A stretch of 64,000 nucleotides of DNA from an uncultured Chloroflexia bacterium (GCA_963726245.1 CAVSBT010000030.1:168295-232294); one strand, 5' to 3'. Positions 1 to 9,522 are shown, counted from the first letter of the stretch. Translations and numbers: made by a program. The notes: generated by a model from the letters alone, not told the origin.

Positions 1-926
1 CCTACCTCAACGGCGGTCACCTGCTCGTGCTTCTCGTCGACCGAGCCGGTTCCTTCCACATCCGACCCATCAAGTCCGGCGCCACCGCGACACTGCTCGA
101 ACAGATGAATGGCGCCCTCGGCATCGATGTAGGCCACGAGATCTCCTTTCCACATCGGGGCCGGTTGGCCAAGATATGGATGGACGATTCAGGCGCTGCG
201 CAGGCCGTCTCCCTGGCCGATTTCTGGGGCGGCGCGGCAGGTGAAGAAACCTGCTGGCGCGCCGAGAAGGTGCTGGGGATTTCCCAGGTTGCCGCCATAC
301 GCCTCACCTCGCCTGAAGAGCCCATGGGCATCGCCCTTCTCCTCTCCAAAGGCGATCCCCCCGATCCCGCGATGCTGGACGCCGTGGGGCGTCACCTCAT
401 GGTCGCCCTGGCCAACCTTCAGAGCATAGAGAAGGCGCGCCAGTTTGGCAGTGTCGACCCTGTCCGCTGGATCGCAGACCACCAAGAATTCGGCCGGCAG
501 TTGTTACGGGAGATAGCCCGCGCGCGCCGCTATGGCCAGCCCCTGTCGTTAGCGCTGGTGGTAGTTGACAACTTCGACGCCCTGCGCCTCGAATACGGCT
601 GGACCGTGGCCAACCGCCTCCTGCGTTCCGTGAGCTCCGCCCTGGCCGGATGCCTGCGCGAGTCCGACTTCCTCGGCTCCTACCACCACAACGGCTTCGG
701 CGCGATCCTCACGCAGACTTCGATGGAGGGAGCGGCCGAGGCCGCCGTCCGCCTACGTGAGGCAGCGACGGCGGTGCGCGTGTTGGAAGGAGAGGATGGC
801 CCGGTCCCGGAATGCGTGGTCGCCACTGCCTGTCAGCCCGACGACGGAAGCGACGCCAACGCGCTGCTGATCGCCGCCGAATCCCGCATGTTGCCTAAAC
901 GGCGTCTCTCTTCCGCCAGCGCTTGA
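1..926 (+). CDS. GAF + degenerate GGDEF domain protein (5' end outside window)
   Basis: Frame is open from the window start. It has the GGDEF-domain scaffold (REIARARRYGQPLSLALVVVDNFD...YGW..ANRLLR), but the GGDEF site reads SYHHNGF. RESD (RxxD) is retained. Confidence 0.8.
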   Translation, partial: YLNGGHLLVLLVDRAGSFHIRPIKSGATATLLEQMNGALGIDVGHEISFPHRGRLAKIWMDDSGAAQAVSLADFWGGAAGEETCWRAEKVLGISQVAAIRLTSPEEPMGIALLLSKGDPPDPAMLDAVGRHLMVALANLQSIEKARQFGSVDPVRWIADHQEFGRQLLREIARARRYGQPLSLALVVVDNFDALRLEYGWTVANRLLRSVSSALAGCLRESDFLGSYHHNGFGAILTQTSMEGAAEAAVRLREAATAVRVLEGEDGPVPECVVATACQPDDGSDANALLIAAESRMLPKRRLSSASA

Positions 927-946
927 ACTCTATGCGCCACTCACAC

Positions 947-973
947 TGAGGCCCTCCTCACGGGAGGGCCTCA
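947..973. terminator. Hairpin between convergent genes
   Basis: TGAGGCCCTCC-tcacg-GGAGGGCCTCA, perfect 11-bp stem. Confidence 0.65.
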
Positions 974-1004
974 CGGTAGGTCACCTACGGCGGCGCTCCG
1001 GGTG

Positions 1005-1763
1005 TCACTCTGTGGGAGACACCGATAGGCTGCTGTCCCAAGTCAGCTTCGCAAGCCGCTCCTGTACGTCAGCCGCCAGGCGCTCGGCGTCGGGCGCCTC
1101 TTCTCCTCCGCTGAGCGTCACTTTCACCCTTGCCCGTCTCCCCGCATAGTCGAGCAGGTCAACATCGGCCACGCCCGGAGTCTCGCGAAGGGCCCGCTCC
1201 ACGACCATCAGATCGATGTTGGCCTCGGAGCTCTGGATCTGAAAGTGCATGGTGCCGCCCGCCACCGCCGGCGCCCCTTCCGAAGGCTCTCCTTCGACCG
1301 GCGCCTCAGCTTCTTCGGCCTCCGCCACAGCCGCCGCTTCCGGGACCTCGGCTCCGCCCTCAGATTCCGGCGCCTCTTCCATTGCCTCCAGTGCCGTCAC
1401 GGGAGGCTCCTCATCCTCCTCAGCGCCCGCCTCGGCGGGCTCGAGCGGCCAGGGCTCGCTCGCATCTGGGGGTTCGGCCTCGGGCGCCATCGGTGGAACG
1501 GGAGGAGCCCGGCGGCCTTGCTGCGGGGTCTGCAACTGCTGCCTTACCTGGGCAAGCCCCGATTCCACCTGGCGAATGAACGCCGACAGGCCGTGGAGAC
1601 GCTCCACCCAGTGGCTGAGTTCCCGGGTAGCAGCCAGGGCCTCCTCCAGCGCCGTTTGTATCTCTCCGATGGCCGTGGAGACCCGCGAGTCCAGCGTCCC
1701 CCAATCGATTTCGTTGTCGATGTCTTCCTGCGAGATCGCGTCAGGGTCAGGCTTAGTGTTCAT
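1005..1763 (-). CDS. Hypothetical acidic protein: N-terminal coiled coil, E/A/P-rich linker, small ferredoxin/HMA-like C-terminal domain
   Basis: ATG with upstream AAGGA and coherent 252-aa ORF. VERALRETPGVADV resembles an HMA-like fold but has no CxxC. Confidence 0.7.
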   Translation of the reverse strand: MNTKPDPDAISQEDIDNEIDWGTLDSRVSTAIGEIQTALEEALAATRELSHWVERLHGLSAFIRQVESGLAQVRQQLQTPQQGRRAPPVPPMAPEAEPPDASEPWPLEPAEAGAEEDEEPPVTALEAMEEAPESEGGAEVPEAAAVAEAEEAEAPVEGEPSEGAPAVAGGTMHFQIQSSEANIDLMVVERALRETPGVADVDLLDYAGRRARVKVTLSGGEEAPDAERLAADVQERLAKLTWDSSLSVSPTE

Positions 1764-1849
1764 TTCCTTGCCCCCAGGACCGGCTTCCGGACGGCTTGCA
1801 GCACCGACCCGTCACGACGAACGCCGGTCGCTCAGCCAATCCTGTGTAA

Positions 1850-1876
1850 TTGTCGTCCCCGTGAAGGCCCCCTTTA
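1850..1876 (-). promoter_or_regulatory. Sigma28 (FliA/WhiG)-like promoter
   Basis: Minus strand TAAA-N15-GACGACAA versus consensus TAAA-N15-GCCGATAA, about 85 nt upstream of the 1763 start. Confidence 0.45.
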
Positions 1877-2055
1877 GGCCCCCCCCGCAGAAAAGCGCCA
1901 AAGCCGAGCCGGTGTGGTCTCCCGCCCTTTAGATGCGGTCATCACTATGTTAACTGATTCGCCGCCCTCCCAGAAGGTGGCCATAGGACCTTGGGACATC
2001 GCGGAGGAAGGGGTCCCCGGCCTGATCCAGCCCCTCTTCGCCGCCGGCGAAGCGC

Positions 2056-2088
2056 AGGGCCTGGACACCGAAGGCATCCAGGCCCTGT
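2056..2088 (-). terminator. Hairpin downstream of acyl-CoA dehydrogenase
   Basis: CAGGGCCTGGA...TCCAGGCCCTG inverted repeat. Confidence 0.55.
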
Positions 2089-2128
2089 CTTGAGACTCTC
2101 GAGAAGCCGGCCGCTTCTCCCGCGCAGC

Positions 2129-3295
2129 CTATTCGCGAGGGAGGCCCAGCCCTCGCTGGGCGATGATGTTGCGCTGGATCTCGTTGCTGCCGGCGTAGAT
2201 GGTCTCCCCCACCGTCCACAGATACTGGTACTTGATTTCGCCGCGCAGGGGCGCCCACTTCGACGACTCATCCAACTGGCCGTAGAGCCCGAGGATCTGC
2301 ATGCCGGTGTTGGCTATGCGCTGCCTGAGCTCTGTCGTATAGGTCTTGGCCGCCGACGACTCGTAGATGGGCACCTGGCCCTTACCCTGCAACCAGGCCA
2401 CGTTGTAGCTGATGAACCGCGCCACCTCGATCTCGATGGCCAGGCCGGCCAGCTTGCGTCGCACCCTCGGGTCGTCGATGAGACTATGCCCGTTGCGCTT
2501 CGTCTCCCGACAGTACTTGACCAGCTCCTGGAGGGTTCGTCTGGCGCCCGAGGCGAAGCCGATGCTCGACCGTTCGAAGGAGAGGGTCGTCATCGCCGCG
2601 TACCAGCCGCGGTTCTCCTCACCCAGACGGTTGGCCACCGGCACCCGTACGTCCTCGAAGTATGTCTCGTGGAAGCCCGCGAAGCCCGACATGTTGAGGA
2701 TGGGCTGCGTGGTGATGCCCGGCGCCTTCATGTCCACCAGCAGGTAGGTGATGCCCCGGTGCTTGGGAGCGTCGGGGTCTGTCCGTACTAGAACGTGGAT
2801 CCAATCGCTGCGGGCGGCAGCCGTCGTCCACGTCTTCTGCCCGTTCACGATGTAGTCATCGCCGTCACGCACGGCCTTGCACTGAAGGCCGGCCAGGTCG
2901 GAGCCAGCGTTGGGCTCGCTGAAGCCCTGCGACCAGACCACCTCCCCCTTAGCAATAGGGGGAAGGAACTGCGCCTTCTGTTCGTCGGTCCCATGAACCA
3001 TCACGCAGGGTCCGACCATGGCGATGCCCTGACTGTCCACGATGGGCGCCCCTCTGTACGCCATCTCATCGCGGAAGATGAGCTGCTTCATGTGGCTGAC
3101 TTCCAGGCCTCCGTACTGCTTGGGCCAGGCCATGGTGAGCCAGCCCCTGGCGACCAGCTTCTTCTCGAAGTCCCTCGCTGCCTGCCAGTCATCCGCCTTA
3201 TCGGGGTCCCAGCTAGCCAGGGTCCATTCCCGGGCCAGGAACTCCTGCACTTCCTTGCGAAAGGCTTCCTCCTCCTCGCTGAACCTGAAGTCCAT
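2129..3295 (-). CDS. Acyl-CoA dehydrogenase family protein
   Basis: GFSEPNAGSDLAGL, NGQKTWTT and TIYAGSNEIQRNIIA motifs. Confidence 0.95.
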   Translation of the reverse strand: MDFRFSEEEEAFRKEVQEFLAREWTLASWDPDKADDWQAARDFEKKLVARGWLTMAWPKQYGGLEVSHMKQLIFRDEMAYRGAPIVDSQGIAMVGPCVMVHGTDEQKAQFLPPIAKGEVVWSQGFSEPNAGSDLAGLQCKAVRDGDDYIVNGQKTWTTAAARSDWIHVLVRTDPDAPKHRGITYLLVDMKAPGITTQPILNMSGFAGFHETYFEDVRVPVANRLGEENRGWYAAMTTLSFERSSIGFASGARRTLQELVKYCRETKRNGHSLIDDPRVRRKLAGLAIEIEVARFISYNVAWLQGKGQVPIYESSAAKTYTTELRQRIANTGMQILGLYGQLDESSKWAPLRGEIKYQYLWTVGETIYAGSNEIQRNIIAQRGLGLPRE

Positions 3296-3454
3296 AAGTC
3301 ATCCCTTCTGCCCGGCGACGCGGGCGAACTTGTCCCGAGACGGGCAGCACTACCCAGGGCGACCGCTGTCGCCCTCTGTTAACTCTCCAGCCCAAGCGGC
3401 GGTGTCGCAAGGGCCGTTCGTCCCATACAGAAGAGCCGTGAGACCCTTGCCCAC

Positions 3455-3593
3455 AAGCATAAGCTACAAGCTACAGAGGTAACATGCAACAAGGGCGCCC
3501 TGGCCAGCAACAAGCTACAGGCCACAGGCGCCAAGGACCCCCGCAGTCACCATTGCGCCTCCGCGTTGCTGGTTGCTTGTTACTTGCTTCCCT
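3455..3593. repeat. Degenerate heptamer repeats (AAGCTAC/AGGCCAC) with an inverted counterpart (GTTGCTG GTTGCTT GTTACTT)
   Basis: Period-7 units are visible on both arms and overlap the short ORF 3484..3684. Confidence 0.5.
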
Positions 3594-3927
3594 TGCGTTG
3601 ACCGGCGCGTTTCTCTTAGCTGGGCCATTTGGACAAGAAAAACAGTACGTTCCGCCCTATCTAGTAGTTGACCGAAGGTTTTAATTCAATCATAGGCGAC
3701 GCGAACCCTGGTTCTCCAAGGGAAGGGGCGTCTACAAAGGGCCGTTGTGGAAGGGAATCATGACGAGCCCGAGGCGGTCGGGAAGGCCATCTGCTATGAT
3801 GAACAGAGCATCCCGGCCCTAGAGATTGAGAGACTCCCCAATCCCTTCACAGGTGCCAGGGTGTATACTAGCGAATAGCGTTACCGAAGGCGCCGCTGGA
3901 TGCGGTAGCAGAGGAGGAAGGAAGCCA

Positions 3928-4428
3928 ATGCCCGAGAAGTCAAGCGTTTCCCCGCCCAAGAACGTCCCCGAGCCCGTCATTGAAGGCCTATTGCTCTACC
4001 AGGCCGAGACCACCCTCGCCAAGCTGGTCGAGCGCTCACTGCTGGAGTTCGGGCTCAGCACACCCCAGATGTTGCTGCTGGGCGCGCTCTACTGGGACGG
4101 CCGCGCGCTGGTGCCACGCCGCATCCGCAACACCCTGGTGGTAGAAGCGCAGAGCCTTACGGGCCTCATCGACCGGCTGGAAAATCAGGGCCTGGCCCAG
4201 CGCCTGAGCCACCCGAAGGACCGCCGCAAGATCAGGGTGCAGATAACCAGCAAGGGCCGCAAGCGGTACGAAGAGGCCGCGGCGCACAGCGACATGGCGC
4301 TGGAGAACTACTTCAAGGCGCTGACGGCCCGCGAGCGGCAGGCACTGCGCGCGGCGATGTTCAAGCTGCGGGGCGCGGGCTACAAGCCCCTGGGTCTGTC
4401 GCACGCGGCAGCCTACCCTCAGCCCTAG
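3928..4428 (+). CDS. MarR family transcriptional regulator
   Basis: LTGLIDRLENQGLAQR...DRRKIRVQIT wHTH signature; GAGGAGG RBS before ATG 3928. Confidence 0.9.
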   Translation: MPEKSSVSPPKNVPEPVIEGLLLYQAETTLAKLVERSLLEFGLSTPQMLLLGALYWDGRALVPRRIRNTLVVEAQSLTGLIDRLENQGLAQRLSHPKDRRKIRVQITSKGRKRYEEAAAHSDMALENYFKALTARERQALRAAMFKLRGAGYKPLGLSHAAAYPQP

Positions 4429-4589
4429 AGCTGTCCGCCAGCTAGCTTCAGAGGCCGCCGGCGCTGCACCGCCCAGGCTTGGGCTTCCAAGCTGAAGGTT
4501 GTCTTCGCTTGCGAATGCCGCGCATGGCGGCCTCTGCGGCCGCGGCGTCACCCGCTGCCGACCCGTCTTCTGCGACCCTCGAGAAGAGC

Positions 4590-4687
4590 AGCCGCTCGTC
4601 CTTCGAGATACTCAGGACGAGCGGCTCTCATGTTCCGCTCGTGGTGAGCCTGCCGGCCGGCAGGCAGGCCTGTCGAACCGTGAGCGG
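4590..4687. repeat. Pair of palindromic REP-like elements (CCGCTCGTCCT...AGGACGAGCGG; CCGCTCGTGGTGAGCCTG..TCGAACC) with a nested CCTGCCGGCCGGCAGGCAGG palindrome
   Basis: Perfect 13-bp stem at 4590-4626; related units recur at about 54680-54705 and 54825-54875. Confidence 0.7.
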
Positions 4688-4901
4688 CCCTCCCGGCCGC
4701 CGACTTGCCTTCTCCGCCTGCCCCCACTTCGGCAGCCGACACCCCGACCACGCCGCAGGGACTTCGCGCCACCGTTCCCTCACACCTGATCCCACAGGGC
4801 CGGGCGGCCTGTCCATTCGGCCTGTCCGCTCGGCCCTTGAGTCGCCCCCATAGCCAGGCGTAGGATAGCGGTAACCGGCTGCCGCTAGCCACCAGCTTCA
4901 G

Positions 4902-5423
4902 GTGGCCAGTCTCGCGCCGCCGCAGAACAGGGGGAACGCCCTGAGCGACGTACCCCACGGCAACGGAGCCCATCCCACGACCCGGCGCGTCTACCCGCTG
5001 GAAGGCGTCTGCATGGGCTGTGGCCTCTGCGAGGTCCACTGCCTGGTCGAGCACTCCCGCACGCGCAATCTGGTCAAGGCCTATCTGCAAGAACGCCCAA
5101 CCCCGGTGGCCCGCCTCCGCGTCGAGCGGCGAGACGACCTCTTCCTGCCCGTCCAGTGCCGCCATTGCCCGGAGCCCCTCTGCGTATACTCCTGCCTCAC
5201 CGGCGCCCTCCACCAGGACCCGGCAACGGGCGAGGTTCACGTCGACGAGGGGCGCTGCATCGGCTGCTGGACCTGTATCCTGGCCTGCCCCTATGGCGCG
5301 ATCCGGCGCGACCGCGAGCGGGGCGTCATCGCCAAGTGCGACCTCTGCCCGGACCGCTCGCTGCCGGCCTGCGTCGCCGCCTGCCCCAACGAGGCCATCC
5401 TCTACACCGAGGAGGCCCTCTGA
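4902..5423 (+). CDS. 4Fe-4S dicluster electron-transfer protein (CooF/HydN-like)
   Basis: CMGCGLCEVHC, CRHCPEPLCVYSC, CIGCWTCILACP and CDLC...CVAACP motifs; exact start uncertain. Confidence 0.9.
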   Translation: MASLAPPQNRGNALSDVPHGNGAHPTTRRVYPLEGVCMGCGLCEVHCLVEHSRTRNLVKAYLQERPTPVARLRVERRDDLFLPVQCRHCPEPLCVYSCLTGALHQDPATGEVHVDEGRCIGCWTCILACPYGAIRRDRERGVIAKCDLCPDRSLPACVAACPNEAILYTEEAL

Positions 5424-6739
5424 TGCCCCGCAAAGCCCGTCGCTCACGCACCCACTACCTCATCGTCGGCAACTCGGCGGGTGGCATCGGCGCCGTCGAG
5501 GCGATCCGGCAGGTCGACGCCGACCGTCCCATCACCATCGTCTCCGATGAACCCTACCCAGCCTACTCCCGCCCCGAGATCTCGGAGTACCTGGCCGGCC
5601 TGACGACGCTCGAGCGCATGCAGTTCCGCCCGCCCGACTTCTACGAGAAGAACGGCGTCGATACCATCCTGGGCGCCACCGCTTCGCACCTTGACCTGTG
5701 GGGGCGGCGAATTGAGCTCGAGGACGGGCGCACACTCGGCTGGGACAGGCTGCTCCTGGCCACAGGCGGCCGGCCCACCGCGCCTCGCATTCCCGGCGCC
5801 GGCCGCGAGGACATCTTCACCTTCACCACCCTGGCCGACGCCGACAGCATCCGGGCGGCCCTGAGCCTGAATGGGGTAAGCAGGGCGGTGGTCATCGGAG
5901 CGGGGCTCATCGGCCTCAGCCTAACCCACGCCCTGGTGCGCCTGGGCGTGTCCGTGCTCATCGTGGAGCTCATGGACCGGCCCCTGGCTAACGCCCTCGA
6001 CCGGGAAGCGGCGCAGGTGGTGGAGCGCGCCCTGCGCGAGGCCGGCGTCGAACTCGTCTTTGGGCAAACGGTGGCTCAAGTGCTGGGACGGCCGCAGGAC
6101 GACAGCCGCGTCGGAGGCGTGCGTCTCCAGGATGGCCGCCAGCTTCCCTGCGACATGCTGGCCATCGCCATCGGCGTCACGCCGCGGACAGAGCTGGCTG
6201 CCCAGGCCGGCCTGCGGGTCAACCACGGCATCGTCGTGGACCGGCGCATGGCCGCCAGCCATCCGCACGTGTACGCCTGCGGCGACGTGGCCGAGGCATT
6301 CGACTTCATCCACGGCGTCGAGCGGGTGACGCCCATCTGGCCCAACGCCTACATCGGCGGCCGCGTGGCCGGACTCAACATGGCGGGTCGGGAGACGACA
6401 TACAGCGGCGGCACGGGCATGAACGCCCTCAGCTACTTCGGACTGGCCGTCGTCTCGGCGGGCCTCCAGGAGCCCGGCGACGGGCCCGGCTACGAGGTAC
6501 TCACCAGCTCGGACGGAGACGCCGCCTATCGAAAGGTGGTGCTCCGGGAGGGCCGCGTGGCCGGCCTCACGTTTGTTGGTGACATCGAGAAGTCCGGCAT
6601 TGTCTTCGGGCTCATGCGGGACGGCACGGACGTGAGCGCCTTCAAAGAGTCGCTGGTGGCGCCCGACTTCGGGCTGACGATGCTGCCGGAAGAGTGGCGT
6701 CGGGAGCGACTGGCTCCCCCTGCCGCCGTGCCCGCTTGA
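5423..6739 (+). CDS. NAD(P)/FAD-dependent oxidoreductase (NirB N-terminal-like)
   Basis: TGATG overlap with the upstream gene; IVGNSAGG, LLLATGG, VIGAGLIG and VYACGDVAE motifs. Confidence 0.9.
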   Translation: MPRKARRSRTHYLIVGNSAGGIGAVEAIRQVDADRPITIVSDEPYPAYSRPEISEYLAGLTTLERMQFRPPDFYEKNGVDTILGATASHLDLWGRRIELEDGRTLGWDRLLLATGGRPTAPRIPGAGREDIFTFTTLADADSIRAALSLNGVSRAVVIGAGLIGLSLTHALVRLGVSVLIVELMDRPLANALDREAAQVVERALREAGVELVFGQTVAQVLGRPQDDSRVGGVRLQDGRQLPCDMLAIAIGVTPRTELAAQAGLRVNHGIVVDRRMAASHPHVYACGDVAEAFDFIHGVERVTPIWPNAYIGGRVAGLNMAGRETTYSGGTGMNALSYFGLAVVSAGLQEPGDGPGYEVLTSSDGDAAYRKVVLREGRVAGLTFVGDIEKSGIVFGLMRDGTDVSAFKESLVAPDFGLTMLPEEWRRERLAPPAAVPA

Positions 6740-6753
6740 ATGGAGGGACAGGT

Positions 6754-7944
6754 ATGAGTGACGACGTCTGGTTCAAGGCTTTGCAGAACCCCTACCGCGA
6801 CGACAAGGTTATGGCGGCCTGCGGCCTCTTCGGCATCCTGGACACCAGCGGGCGCACCATGGGCTCCAGCGACGTCGTCAATGCCATGGCCAACATGCAC
6901 GACCGCAGCAACGGCCTGGGAGGCGGGTTCGCCGCCTATGGCATCTACCCGGAGCAGGCTGACCTCTACGCCCTGCACATCATGTACATGCGCGACGACG
7001 CCCGGCCTCAGGTGGAGGCCATCCTTCGCGCCCACTTCACCGTCGCCCGCGCCGAGCCGGTGCCGACGCGCTCAGGGACCCGCGTCATCGACCCGCCCGA
7101 CTTCTGGCGCTACTTCGTCAGCCCGCAGAGCAACGGCCAGGAAGCGAGCGATGACTACGTCATCCAGCAGGTGATGCGGATCAATACCAGCGTCCCCGGG
7201 GCCTTCGTTTTCTCCAGCGGTAAGGACATGGCCGTCTTCAAGGGCGTCGGCTACCCGGAGGACATCGCCGAGCACTTCCGCCTCGATGACTACCAGGGCT
7301 ACATGTGGGTGGGCCACGGCCGCTTCCCCACAAACACGCCCGGCTGGTGGGGAGGCGCTCATCCCTTCAACATCCTGGACTGGACCGTCGTCCACAACGG
7401 CGAGATCTCCTCCTATGGCATCAACGTCCGCTACCTGGAGATGTTCGGCTACCACTGCACCATGCAGACTGATACCGAGGTCGTGGCCTACGCCGTCGAC
7501 CTCCTCATGCGCCGTCACGGCCTGCCCGTGGAGCTGGTGGCCGACGTCCTGGCGCCCCCCTTCTGGAGCCACATCGAGAGCGAGTCTGCGGAGACCCAGG
7601 CGTTGCAGCTCGCCCTGCGCCAGGTCTACGGCAGCCTCCTCCTCAACGGCCCCTTCACGGTCATCATCGCCCACCAGGGAGAGATGGTCGGCCTCACCGA
7701 CCGCATCCGGCTCCGGCCGTTGACGGCCGCCATCAAGGGAGACCGGCTCTATCTATCTTCGGAGGAGGCGTCCATCCGGCTCGTCTCGCCGGAGCTGGAC
7801 CGGGTGTGGACGCCCACCGGCGGCGAGCCGGTGGTGGGACGGCTCGGCGTGCCCCTGCGCGAAGCGCCGCCGGCCTCCGATCTGCCGGCCCTCCACACGG
7901 AGCGCGCCCTCGCGAGTGCGGGAAGGAGGGCCCGGAAGGCTTAG
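6754..7944 (+). CDS. Glutamate synthase glutamine amidotransferase subunit (GltB1-like, class II GATase)
   Basis: ACGLFG, DRSNGLGGGF, GHGRFPTNTPGWWGGAHPF and VHNGEISSY motifs. Confidence 0.9.
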   Translation: MSDDVWFKALQNPYRDDKVMAACGLFGILDTSGRTMGSSDVVNAMANMHDRSNGLGGGFAAYGIYPEQADLYALHIMYMRDDARPQVEAILRAHFTVARAEPVPTRSGTRVIDPPDFWRYFVSPQSNGQEASDDYVIQQVMRINTSVPGAFVFSSGKDMAVFKGVGYPEDIAEHFRLDDYQGYMWVGHGRFPTNTPGWWGGAHPFNILDWTVVHNGEISSYGINVRYLEMFGYHCTMQTDTEVVAYAVDLLMRRHGLPVELVADVLAPPFWSHIESESAETQALQLALRQVYGSLLLNGPFTVIIAHQGEMVGLTDRIRLRPLTAAIKGDRLYLSSEEASIRLVSPELDRVWTPTGGEPVVGRLGVPLREAPPASDLPALHTERALASAGRRARKA

Positions 7945-7952
7945 GCCGGCCG

Positions 7953-9509
7953 ATGAAGAGCTATTTGCCGCCTCGCTTCAGAATTCACAGGCAGGAGGAC
8001 CGCTGCATCCGCTGCCAGGTCTGCGTGCGCCAGTGCAGCTTCGGCGCCCAGGCCTACGACGCCCTGGATGACGTCGTCGTCGGCCACGACGAGCGCTGCG
8101 TCGCCTGCCATCGCTGCGTGGTCTTCTGCCCCACCCAGGCCCTGACCGTCACCAGCAACCCCCTGGAGTACCGAGAGAACTTCAACTGGCGTCCGGAGGT
8201 CATCGAGGACATCATCAAGCAGTCGGAGACAGGGGGCATGCTCCTGACGGGCATGGGCAACGACAAGCCCCACCCCATCTACTGGGACCACTTGCTGCTC
8301 AACGCCAGCCAGGTGACCAACCCATCGATCGATCCGCTGCGGGAGCCGATGGAGCTGCGCACCTACCTGGGCCGCAAGCCGGACCGGGTAGAGGTGGGCG
8401 TTGGCGCGGGCCCAGACAGCGCCCCGCCCGGCGGCGGCCATCCGGCCGGCAACGGCTCCCTGAAGCTGAAGACGCGCATCGCGCCGCAGGTGGCGATAGA
8501 GGTGCCGATGCTCTTCTCGGCCATGTCCTACGGAGCGGTCAGCCTGAACGCACACGAGTCCCTGGCCCGAGCCGCCTACGAATCCGGCACTCTCTTCAAC
8601 ACCGGCGAGGGCGGGCTCCACCCCAAGCTCTACCGCTACGGCGACAACACCATCGTGCAGGTGGCCTCGGGGCGCTTCGGGGTGCACCCGGAGTACCTTG
8701 CAGCGGGGCGCATCATCGAGATCAAGATCGGCCAGGGGGCGAAGCCGGGCATCGGCGGGCACCTGCCGGCCGAGAAGGTGAGCGCGGACGTGGCGTCGAC
8801 CCGCATGATCCCCGCCGGCACCGACGCGCTTTCGCCGGCGCCCCACCACGACATCTACTCCATCGAAGACCTGTCGCAGCTCATCTACGCCCTGAAGGAG
8901 GCGACCCACTACGAGAAGCCGATCTGCGTGAAGATAGCCGCTGTCCACAACTCGGCGGCCATCGCCAGCGGCATGGTGCGCGCCGGCGCCGATATCATCG
9001 CCCTGGACGGCCTGCGCGGCTCCACCGGCGCCGCCCCTAAGGTCATCCGCGACAACGTGGGCATACCGATCGAGCTGGCCATCGCCGCCGTCGACACCCG
9101 ACTGCGACAGGAGGGCATCCGCAACCAGGCGTCGCTCCTCGTCGCCGGCGGCTTCCGGGGCAGCGCCGACATCATCAAGGCGATCGCCCTGGGCGCCGAC
9201 GCCGTCTACATCGGCACCGCCGCCCTCATCGCCCTGGGCTGCACCGTCTGCCAGCAGTGCCACACCGGTCGCTGCGCCTGGGGCATCTGCACCACCGACC
9301 CGGCCCTCAGCAGGCGCCTCAACCCGGAGATCGGCACCCGCCGGCTGGTGAACCTGCTGCGAGGCTGGGAGCTGGAGATCAAGGACATGCTGGGCGGCAT
9401 GGGCATCAACGCCCTGGAGAGCCTCCGCGGCAACCGCGACCACCTCCGCGGCATCGGCCTGACCGACAGCGAGCTGCAGGTGCTCGGTGTGAGGCTGGCG
9501 GGGACGTGA
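7953..9509 (+). CDS. Glutamate synthase FMN-binding subunit with N-terminal 2x[4Fe-4S] (GltB2-like)
   Basis: AMSYGA, NTGEGG, QVASGRFGV, EIKIGQGAKPGIGGHLP and CTVCQQCHTGRCAWGI motifs. Confidence 0.95.
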   Translation: MKSYLPPRFRIHRQEDRCIRCQVCVRQCSFGAQAYDALDDVVVGHDERCVACHRCVVFCPTQALTVTSNPLEYRENFNWRPEVIEDIIKQSETGGMLLTGMGNDKPHPIYWDHLLLNASQVTNPSIDPLREPMELRTYLGRKPDRVEVGVGAGPDSAPPGGGHPAGNGSLKLKTRIAPQVAIEVPMLFSAMSYGAVSLNAHESLARAAYESGTLFNTGEGGLHPKLYRYGDNTIVQVASGRFGVHPEYLAAGRIIEIKIGQGAKPGIGGHLPAEKVSADVASTRMIPAGTDALSPAPHHDIYSIEDLSQLIYALKEATHYEKPICVKIAAVHNSAAIASGMVRAGADIIALDGLRGSTGAAPKVIRDNVGIPIELAIAAVDTRLRQEGIRNQASLLVAGGFRGSADIIKAIALGADAVYIGTAALIALGCTVCQQCHTGRCAWGICTTDPALSRRLNPEIGTRRLVNLLRGWELEIKDMLGGMGINALESLRGNRDHLRGIGLTDSELQVLGVRLAGT

Positions 9510-9522
9510 GGGCGATGCGCAG

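Noticed and set aside
3484-3684. 66-aa ORF with RBS and hydrophobic stretch
   Set aside because: It is built largely from heptamer repeats and runs into AT-rich intergenic DNA; at best a truncated secreted-protein remnant.
3690-3830. Possible sRNA or 20-codon ORF upstream of marR
   Set aside because: Only short stems, no recognisable motif and no independent support.
8395-8460. VGAGPDSAPPGGGH insertion in GltB2 as a REP-derived peptide
   Set aside because: No GTAG-anchored palindrome is left; it cannot be told apart from an ordinary low-complexity loop.
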